Source: a virus (taxonomy: Duplodnaviria; Caudoviricetes). Taken from it: 64,000 nucleotides of DNA. A program made the position numbers and the translations under genes. A model generated the notes under the pieces. The model saw only the letters and a list, made by a program, of their open reading frames with translations. It had not been told where the DNA came from and did no database searches. The stretch is taken from the IMG/VR virus record IMGVR_UViG_3300027914_001343, positions 64,001 to 128,000 of that record. One strand, given 5' to 3'. Every line of letters begins with the position of its first letter. The stretch's first letter is position 1. Below, one piece after another: positions 18,849 through 26,269 of the stretch.

Positions 18849-19741
18849 TGGCGACCCCTTTCGAGTTTGTAATATTCGTTCATGAGTTCTTCAGATGTCA
18901 TCCGCTGAAGTTCAAACCACTGCCAGTCAGTTTCCTTGGCTAATAGCGCGATGGTTTCGCTGTAAGTGAGTTTGTGTACTTGATTGGTCTGGTCGACTGG
19001 ATTATTCGGTGTAACTACAAATGTAACGACGGGACGTCTAACGGAGCTTTCTGTCCCGTCGTACATTTTGATATTACAATCAAAAGCATCCTCGTTGGTT
19101 TTATTAACACCAGACATCTTCAATGACTTCCTGAAATCACGACCGTGTTTGTTTTCCCAATCATGAATGCGGAAATCAATACCCTTTTCGATCTCAATAT
19201 CTGTTCCACGCTGCCGGACAAAATGCATGATCCAGCGATCCTTCCCAAGGAAGTTATGCGTTTCTTCAATAATGCCAACCACGGCATTATGAATGATATC
19301 GAGCCCATCGGCTGTGAGCTTGTGTGTCTTAGGCATGTTAGCTTCAATTACGTCCAGCGTGTCTGCCGTTGTGTTACTGAAGTTTCCATGCTGTAGTACG
19401 ATGTTTTCAATTACATCGAAACAGATACCCATCCCAAACACAGGCAATGATGGTTGCGTGCTAGCACGGTACCTGAGCTTTTCATTGATGATCTTCTGTG
19501 TCCGTACAACCAAGATATCGCCTTTAATTCTGGTTGTGTCAGAACCTGGTTGCCATGTAAACTTTACTTGTTTTTTCCCTGTTGTAAAAATCAATACATC
19601 GCCAGGGATAATACTAGGCTCTTCATCTCCTGGAAAATATACACCTTCAGAATACAGTGGCACTCCAGCCTCTGCAAGAACATTCTCGATACGTGCCGCA
19701 ATTTCATGGCAGTCGATCAAAGTACGCTTAGTGACTCGCAT
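18845..19741 (-). CDS. Conserved hypothetical protein (phiKZ gp42-region), larger member of putative paralogue array
   Basis: 298 aa; FLGKDRWIMH and IEKGIDFRI motifs. Confidence 0.7.
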   Translation of the reverse strand: MRVTKRTLIDCHEIAARIENVLAEAGVPLYSEGVYFPGDEEPSIIPGDVLIFTTGKKQVKFTWQPGSDTTRIKGDILVVRTQKIINEKLRYRASTQPSLPVFGMGICFDVIENIVLQHGNFSNTTADTLDVIEANMPKTHKLTADGLDIIHNAVVGIIEETHNFLGKDRWIMHFVRQRGTDIEIEKGIDFRIHDWENKHGRDFRKSLKMSGVNKTNEDAFDCNIKMYDGTESSVRRPVVTFVVTPNNPVDQTNQVHKLTYSETIALLAKETDWQWFELQRMTSEELMNEYYKLERGRQ

Positions 19742-19744
19742 TGT

Positions 19745-20089
19745 TTACCTCTTATACCAGATGTACAAGCAATCAGTGTTTAACGCCAAAGTAATATTGA
19801 TGTTATTATACAACTTTGGCACTTTTACATATTCAGCAACAAGGCTAGTAAGCGGTAGTCTATTTGCCACGTAAGCTCTTGCTGTTGAACGTGTGCTTCC
19901 TTTGTAATGGCCATTTACTGCGAGAAGATAAATGCGCTCTATCTCTTCAGCGATGATCCATTCAATACAATCCTTGATGGTTACTCTAGGATCAATGAAA
20001 CCCAATCCTGCTCTATGGATTATCGGTGTCATTAACGCAACTATCTCAGAAACATCCTGAATTATCAGAGCGTCGTTACCGTTAAGCAT
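19745..20089 (-). CDS. Hypothetical protein, first gene of the array
   Basis: 114 aa from ATG 20089 with AGGAGGAGG RBS; the longer ORF-track version runs through a terminator. Confidence 0.7.
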   Translation of the reverse strand: MLNGNDALIIQDVSEIVALMTPIIHRAGLGFIDPRVTIKDCIEWIIAEEIERIYLLAVNGHYKGSTRSTARAYVANRLPLTSLVAEYVKVPKLYNNINITLALNTDCLYIWYKR

Positions 20090-20136
20090 AACCTTCCTCC
20101 TCCTACAGGATATGCCAAGTATGTAATTAATAACGA

Positions 20137-20167
20137 GCATAAGAGCCAGCCCGAAGGCTGGCCTCTT
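20137..20167 (-). terminator. Terminator downstream of phuZ and its structured RNA
   Basis: GCCAGCC-TTCG-GGCTGGC followed by TCTTATGC on the minus strand. Confidence 0.8.
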
Positions 20168-20450
20168 ATACTTTTGGTACACCCTCTATTTGGGAAATGG
20201 TCGGGTTCCTAGATCCATTTCGACTGGGGTCGGTCATTTGCAACTTTCACTATGTTGACATTCCGCTTTTAGCGACTCGGCCTCAAGTACTTGAGTTGTT
20301 TCTTTCCCCGTCCCTATCCGGTGGATGGGACTTTCTGCTTGTCGCGTTGTAATGCACCCCTGTAGTTAAACAGTTCGGCCAACGCCCGGTTGTGCGCGGC
20401 GTGACTTACCTAACTTGGCTTACAGGCACCTGATACCTGTGCTTTCATTA
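20168..20450 (-). ncRNA. Candidate structured RNA (phuZ 3' region or independent sRNA)
   Basis: About 300 ORF-free nt with nested stems (20422-20440, 20310-20331, 20282-20295, 20272-76/20341-45, 20226-30/20356-60, 20194-20221); a G-U pair favours the minus strand. Confidence 0.5.
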
Positions 20451-20473
20451 GTATTGATCACTATCTCATTGTG

Positions 20474-21502
20474 TTAAAGAACGAAACCCATGTCATTCGT
20501 AGAGTCATCCTTATTGAGGATACCGCCACGTTTCATACGAGCATTTTCACGTTCCTTGATATCAGCCAGGAATGCATTCAAACTCCTGGCCTGGTCTTGC
20601 AACATACCATAGGTGGTAATGAAGTGCAGAGGAGCTGCCTTAACGACTTCCTTGCTGATTTCATCCGGCAGGAGGCCGAGGCACTGGTACTCGAGAACGT
20701 TGGTGATGCCTTTGACGGCTTCACAACCTTCGCTGGTGCCCAGAGTGATGGCGCTGACTGCTTCGCCAAAGCTTTCACTGTAGCTGTCGTCTTTTTCCAG
20801 CATGACCAAACCAGCCAGGCAAGCTTCGTACGACGTAGTCTTGGTGAAGTTCAGCCAGTTCTGCAGGTCCTTGCTGTCGAGCTTCTGGTTTTGGCCAGAG
20901 AACAACATCGCCAGGCCAGTCACGACATCTTCGATCATTTGGTCGGCGGCCGGTTGCGGCAGCTTGTCGGACATTTGCAGATAGAACAGGATCACCGGCT
21001 TGTTGGTCTTGTCAACCAGACCTTCGTAGGTCTTCAGCGTGTTGAGGGTGTTTTCAGCAAACAGGCGATTGGTAATGGAACCAACAGCGATTGCGATAAC
21101 CGGCTCATCACGGAGCAGAAGTTCACGGGCCAGGATCGGAGCGATAACAGAGCCAGAGCCGCCGGAGGCCGAGCTGATCACGATGTTCAGGTTACCAGGC
21201 TTGAAACGTTGCAGGATCGCCTTATCGGCAGCGGCGATGTCAGTAAAGACGTCACGACGGATCTTGCCGGCGCCTTCTTTTTCATCGCCAGTGTTGATGT
21301 CCTTGATCTGGTAGAAACGATCTTCCGGGATCACCTTGCGGTTACTGTCAGAGGTGTCGACAAAGCAAACATCGATGCCTGCAAAGCCTGGATTGACAGT
21401 ATTGCGGTATTTGTCGAGACGAGCACCGATGCTTGTACCAGCGCCCCCGCAGGCGTAGATACGAACAACGTTTTCGGATGTCCCATTGTTGCTTTCAATC
21501 AT
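20474..21502 (-). CDS. phuZ: Phage tubulin PhuZ
   Basis: ACGGAGTSIG, GAGKIR, tubulin signature SASGGSGS, T7-like LDSKD, PhuZ-type C-tail ILNKDDSTNDMGFVL. Confidence 0.95.
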   Translation of the reverse strand: MIESNNGTSENVVRIYACGGAGTSIGARLDKYRNTVNPGFAGIDVCFVDTSDSNRKVIPEDRFYQIKDINTGDEKEGAGKIRRDVFTDIAAADKAILQRFKPGNLNIVISSASGGSGSVIAPILARELLLRDEPVIAIAVGSITNRLFAENTLNTLKTYEGLVDKTNKPVILFYLQMSDKLPQPAADQMIEDVVTGLAMLFSGQNQKLDSKDLQNWLNFTKTTSYEACLAGLVMLEKDDSYSESFGEAVSAITLGTSEGCEAVKGITNVLEYQCLGLLPDEISKEVVKAAPLHFITTYGMLQDQARSLNAFLADIKERENARMKRGGILNKDDSTNDMGFVL

Positions 21503-21585
21503 TTTGCTTTTCCTTGTTTATGTTGGTGTTGAAAAGATACTCACACACAAGATCTACAGTGCTGAGTAAAATTTAACCGTTTGTT

Positions 21586-21966
21586 TTACAGCTTGTTTAA
21601 CCACGTTGGTGTTTTACCAAAGATATTCGTTGGTGCTGATTTCTTTTTAGGAATTTCCCCTCTACCATACAGAAGAAAGTTTCTATGTATGGAAATAAAC
21701 CTAAGGGGTGTTTCATAGTCCAACATAGCTGGAACTAGGAAAGGGTGACGCTCACGAATATAAGTTTCAGCATAATGCAAAATCTCATCTCGTGTCAGAT
21801 TTAACTTCTTCTTTTGGTTTCCTTGTACAATGATTTCTTGTGCATTAAACCCAGCCAAAAGACTAAGCATGACAAGAAATTCTTTTTCAAAAGACTTACT
21901 AAAGATTGCTCTTAATGTAGACCTCGTTGTTAAGCAATCAGCAGGACTTGGGCAACTTTCAAACAT
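21586..21966 (-). CDS. Hypothetical protein
   Basis: 126 aa with AAGGAG RBS. Confidence 0.6.
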   Translation of the reverse strand: MFESCPSPADCLTTRSTLRAIFSKSFEKEFLVMLSLLAGFNAQEIIVQGNQKKKLNLTRDEILHYAETYIRERHPFLVPAMLDYETPLRFISIHRNFLLYGRGEIPKKKSAPTNIFGKTPTWLNKL

Positions 21967-22098
21967 TTTTTTCTCCTTTAGAAGGATAGAAACTTTTTAA
22001 TCTATAAGTTTACTCCTAACAATAAAAAAATTACTCAGATAAACTCAAGAAGATGATATGTGACTGAATGTTTTTTGACTATCTCTTAGGAGGTCTTT

Positions 22099-22902
22099 AT
22101 GGGACCGATCGATCGAGCCATAACTGAACTCCGTTTCAGGATTCCACCAAGAGTACTTGATGCGGTGTTTGTTCGGAAACAAGTAAGGTGGCGTGCTGTT
22201 CCGCAAAGTTTTGAGCAATCTGTGCTCGAAGCTGTCGTACGTCCGCGCGTTCTTGTTGATTGCAATCTTGTAGGTGGTACGCATGCGACTATTTCTTTGG
22301 AAGGTCTTGCGTGTGACACAATTGACATAGGTACTTATGTGTATCGTATCCCTAAGGATCGTACACAAGGGCGTTCTATTATCAGTGTCCTCAACCTCAG
22401 CTTTGCTTCACCAATGAACCCACTTGCGTACGGTGGCGTGCAATACGGTAATATTTCTACGGCGCTTACAGCTGGTCAGGCAGTTATGGATGTTCATGCT
22501 GCTGCGCCATATACCTCTACGGCACGTTGTAATCTTATTGGTGAAAACGTTGTTTTGATTCGTGATGCTGCTCAACCAACTGCACTTTCTTGCTTGCGTG
22601 TTATTCTCGGAAATGATGAGAATCTCTCGCACATCAAGATGCGCTCCTACCGGCATTTCAGTAAGCTTGTAGAACTCGCTGTGAAGTCTTATATCTACAA
22701 CGAGTACATACTTGAAATGGATATGGCAGAATTGGTTGGCGGTCAGGCGCTTGGGCGATTCAAAGAAGTAATTGATGGTTATGCTGATTCGGAAGAACTC
22801 TATCAAGAGTACATCAATACCACTTGGACTAAAGTGGCGTTCATGAATGATGATGAGTCATACGGTCGTTTCATCAACACAATCATTGGTGGTTATCGTT
22901 AA
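22099..22902 (+). CDS. Conserved phiKZ-like virion structural protein
   Basis: 267 aa; RPRVLVDCNLVGG, YRIPKDRTQGRSI and LAVKSYIYN motifs; AGGAGG RBS; TATG upstream. Confidence 0.7.
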   Translation: MGPIDRAITELRFRIPPRVLDAVFVRKQVRWRAVPQSFEQSVLEAVVRPRVLVDCNLVGGTHATISLEGLACDTIDIGTYVYRIPKDRTQGRSIISVLNLSFASPMNPLAYGGVQYGNISTALTAGQAVMDVHAAAPYTSTARCNLIGENVVLIRDAAQPTALSCLRVILGNDENLSHIKMRSYRHFSKLVELAVKSYIYNEYILEMDMAELVGGQALGRFKEVIDGYADSEELYQEYINTTWTKVAFMNDDESYGRFINTIIGGYR

Positions 22903-22909
22903 ACCGCGT

Positions 22910-22942
22910 CATATTGGCCAGGCTTGTGCCTGGCCTTTATGC
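22910..22942. terminator. Bidirectional hairpin terminator, GGCCAGGC family
   Basis: CATATT-GGCCAGGC-TTGT-GCCTGGCC-TTTATGC. Confidence 0.85.
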
Positions 22943-22945
22943 TGC

Positions 22946-23518
22946 TTAGCGTTTTCTTTCTGGCGGAAACTTAACAGCCAGTCGCATCGCACAATTCGCG
23001 TCTACGCATTTGAAACAGAAAACAACGCCATCCTTAGTAGAATCATAACTGACTGCGAATGGTTTTGTATTATAGTCAAGCGAAGACACAAACTTAATTA
23101 ATTCGTTGACTACCAGCTCGAAGGGTAGTTCACCACCTTCGATTCTGTTAAAGAAAGATTCGTTATAAGCCTTTACTTTAAGCGCATCGAGACGCTTAAT
23201 GAGGTCAGTGTAAGTAATGACATTCGACAAGATGATGCTATCACTAATCTGAGCATCAACCACTGCTTCTCTTCCGAATGACAAACCGTATTGTTCAACG
23301 ATGTCACGACGGCTGCCGTGTATCGTATCGCCATCTACGCAGATGTTTAAGCTAGTATTAAGCGCATGAATTGCTTTTATCATGTCTCGCAACCTCTTAA
23401 CCATCTCGAGTGCCCTAAAGTTCCTATATTGATCAACCGTCTCAATTAAGAGCTGTAACTTACCGGAAGTAAGCTCGGTATCCCTGAAAAATAAACTCAT
23501 TAAAAACTTCTGCTTCAT
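22946..23518 (-). CDS. Hypothetical protein (start uncertain)
   Basis: About 190-aa ORF converging on the terminator. Confidence 0.6.
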   Translation of the reverse strand: MKQKFLMSLFFRDTELTSGKLQLLIETVDQYRNFRALEMVKRLRDMIKAIHALNTSLNICVDGDTIHGSRRDIVEQYGLSFGREAVVDAQISDSIILSNVITYTDLIKRLDALKVKAYNESFFNRIEGGELPFELVVNELIKFVSSLDYNTKPFAVSYDSTKDGVVFCFKCVDANCAMRLAVKFPPERKR

Positions 23519-24010
23519 TTGGAAAGTCCGTTGTATGGTTGTTTGTGTTCTGAATACAGACAATCACAACAAAGACATAAAAAAGAAAATTTTCTAAAAA
23601 ATAAAAAAATATTTTTATATCAGTGTTATGATTAAGGAGTATTTTCCTAGTATCTATTAAAGGGGGCCCCCTCCGGGCCCCCTCCCTAGATAGAGTTCTA
23701 GGTTCAGTTCGTCACGCCCCCGCGTTCCTCACAGGTTTTAGTTGCATACGATAAGTATGCTAGTAAAAAAATATTTTTGAAGTAATGTTTTAGAACGAAC
23801 TATGGGGCCTTTACGGGCCCCTTATAGTGAGAAGAGTGTATAAAACCTATAAAGTAAGGGAATAATAGAGGCAGGCTTTTACGGCCTGCCAATAATCTAC
23901 TTTATGTAAGAAAAAAATAAAAGAGAAAATATTCCATAGTTTAACGGGACCGGTCGGCGCAGCTGCCGGGCTGATACTATGAGACTTTGAATAACCGCAA
24001 GGAGATCAAC

Positions 24011-24505
24011 ATGCGTAGACTGTTAAGCCGATCCCTCGAGGATCGCAGTGAAGGCGGTAGTAGCCGTGTTGCTATCGATGACAAGACAGTGGTGCTGAAA
24101 GGCCCGTTGTCCGACGCTTACACAAAAGCACTAGACATTGCTTTTGCTAAGAATGAAGAAGGTGTAGCAACTGAGAACTTTGATCAACAAGAAGCCGCTC
24201 AAGAACTGGCAAAAGTAATCTACGCTACTGCCAATGATGCCGACGCCACCAATGAGATCACAGTGTTTGCATCTGATACAGAAACACTGTCTCCAGATGA
24301 CGTTGTTGATATCACAATGGACCTTGTCAACGCTGATAAGACTGATGTTGCTAGCGACTACGTTATTATTATTGATGACGTAATTGAAACAGGTGCTTCT
24401 GGCGCAACTGGTTCTGTTGGGACCAATGTGGAAAGCAGAAATGTTGCAGCAGTTGAAGCTTTGGCAAGTAAGTTTAATGCCAAATTTATCCGTCGTTCCA
24501 AGTAA
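24011..24505 (+). CDS. Acidic head/inner-body-type virion protein with protease sites
   Basis: ATG 24011 with AAGGAG; S/A-x-E sites (SLE, ATE, AVE) typical of phiKZ head-protease substrates; GPLSDAYTKAL motif. Confidence 0.6.
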   Translation: MRRLLSRSLEDRSEGGSSRVAIDDKTVVLKGPLSDAYTKALDIAFAKNEEGVATENFDQQEAAQELAKVIYATANDADATNEITVFASDTETLSPDDVVDITMDLVNADKTDVASDYVIIIDDVIETGASGATGSVGTNVESRNVAAVEALASKFNAKFIRRSK

Positions 24506-24510
24506 ACATT

Positions 24511-24540
24511 TTGGCTAGGTAAAGTCCTAGCCATTATGCC
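24511..24540 (+). terminator. Hairpin terminator with TTATGCC
   Basis: TGGCTAGG-TAAAGT-CCTAGCCA-TTATGCC. Confidence 0.7.
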
Positions 24541-24579
24541 GCCACATTTTGTGTATAAATACAGTTAGAGGATCTAGCG

Positions 24580-25815
24580 ATGGGTAAGTCCATTAAAGGG
24601 GTCTTTGAGTCCGAATGTTCAGATTTCGTCGCTGATGCTTCGTTCGCAAAGAGGCTTCGGCTTTACGTTGTAGGTTTTACTAATAAGAACCAAGACCATA
24701 TTGCGTTCTTCGGAGGTAACCTGCTTGGCGTACAGGTAGTGAGGTTTACTGATCACGATCGTGATACATTCTTTAACGAGATTGTAGAGGTAGATGACGG
24801 TCCTCTTGAGGATCGCCTACTCGACCTTCCGACCGTGAATGAGAACTTCAGCGTTTCTAGCGACACCATGAACCTTACGTGTGCGTGGTTGCTGAACAAA
24901 ATTTACGAAAGCAAGGTTCTTACTAAAGAGGCACAACACCAAGCAATGATTGATATTGCCTTGGTCTTGCAATTCAAGTTTTTGACAAGCCGTCTGTATC
25001 GACACTTCAGATACCCAGCAGAAAAAAGTGTGGCTGAAGCCACCTATGCTGAGCTGTCCAATAAGTACGATATCAAACGTTACGGTAACTGGCTGGCGCT
25101 GTTTATTGCCAGAGCCGAAGCACTTATTTCGTCGGACAGTATCCACTATCGCGCTATCACGAAAATGGATGATGATGGAGACGTTATTTACTTGTTGAAC
25201 GATACTCAAGGTCGTATCCGAGACATGTTGAAAAACATTTACGATGTTTTCCTGCGCGTCCATCATCAAGGAAGCAGGATTGTTTCAGAAGCAGCCGTTA
25301 TTGACCATGATGGCGAACAAATTCTGAAAGACAAGACTCGTAGCCTTCCTCAGTACGAACGTTACATCAACAGTATCGTAACGGATAAGAATTCTTTTAT
25401 CCGCGAAGAATTGACAAAGATTATTGAGAAATTAGTACATACACTGCCGCCTCGGCTGTTCAGACATTCGTTGGAATGGATGTCCGATAACTATCGGCAA
25501 CGCGGCGCAACAGAAGTAGAAGAAGTGCTTGGTGCGACTCTCGTACATGCGTTTGAGTATTTTTCTGACAACCGCACGTTCGTTAAGAACACCAAAAACC
25601 TTCCAGAACTTCTTGGGAGACTCAAGGGAGTCTACATGAGTTCTCGTTCAACAGATCCATCGTTGCTTGAACTTCGTGAAAAAGTAGAGAAGATTGTGAA
25701 AACAGCAACAGGAAACAAAAACCCTAGCACAATTGCGGCAGTTAGAACAGGCGTGCTGTTGTATGTGGTTTTGCGTTCCATCACCATGCATCATTACGCT
25801 TCTATTGCCGCTTAA
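24580..25815 (+). CDS. Conserved phiKZ-like virion structural protein
   Basis: 411 aa; FFGGNLLGV, NDTQGRIR and GVYMSSRS motifs; upstream of the terminase block. Confidence 0.7.
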   Translation: MGKSIKGVFESECSDFVADASFAKRLRLYVVGFTNKNQDHIAFFGGNLLGVQVVRFTDHDRDTFFNEIVEVDDGPLEDRLLDLPTVNENFSVSSDTMNLTCAWLLNKIYESKVLTKEAQHQAMIDIALVLQFKFLTSRLYRHFRYPAEKSVAEATYAELSNKYDIKRYGNWLALFIARAEALISSDSIHYRAITKMDDDGDVIYLLNDTQGRIRDMLKNIYDVFLRVHHQGSRIVSEAAVIDHDGEQILKDKTRSLPQYERYINSIVTDKNSFIREELTKIIEKLVHTLPPRLFRHSLEWMSDNYRQRGATEVEEVLGATLVHAFEYFSDNRTFVKNTKNLPELLGRLKGVYMSSRSTDPSLLELREKVEKIVKTATGNKNPSTIAAVRTGVLLYVVLRSITMHHYASIAA

Positions 25816-25832
25816 CAAAGTGGTTAATAAAA

Positions 25833-26228
25833 ATGCTTGGACTTTTAAAACGATTTCTATCGTTTGGGTATTCTCGTTTAGAAAACTTGAAGGGTAAAAG
25901 GGTTTTCGAAAAGCAACACAGTCTGAGTGTTAGTAATAGCGTCAAAGTGATTTCGGTAGACGAAACGAGTGTCACAATCTTTGTCACTAGGACGGATTGG
26001 TTTTATCGGTACTCGTTGTGGTTACTACCTAAGAAAAAATTCTCAACGTTTAAGGTCTCTTCGTTTGCAAGTCACAACGCAAGCCAAAGACTTATTGATG
26101 TGTGTGAATTGGAAATCACTATCCCTGCACTTCTACCATGGTTTTTTAGTGATGAAATGCAGGCAGACGCTGTTGTGATGGCGTACGTAGACGTGTTGTT
26201 TGAGCGAATGAAGAAAGCCGGTCTTTAA
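25833..26228 (+). CDS. Hypothetical protein
   Basis: 131-aa ORF ending just before a terminator. Confidence 0.55.
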   Translation: MLGLLKRFLSFGYSRLENLKGKRVFEKQHSLSVSNSVKVISVDETSVTIFVTRTDWFYRYSLWLLPKKKFSTFKVSSFASHNASQRLIDVCELEITIPALLPWFFSDEMQADAVVMAYVDVLFERMKKAGL

Positions 26229-26234
26229 TAGGCA

Positions 26235-26269
26235 GCATATCGGCCAGGCGAAAGCCTGGCCTTTATGCC
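26235..26269. terminator. Bidirectional hairpin terminator, GGCCAGGC family
   Basis: GCATATC-GGCCAGGC-GAAA-GCCTGGCC-TTTATGCC. Confidence 0.85.

Noticed and set aside
20200-20340. GAAAGTCC and GAACCCG words resembling RNase P RNA conserved regions
   Set aside because: The P4 pairing cannot be completed. No tmRNA ends, tRNA cloverleaf or group II domain V were seen either.
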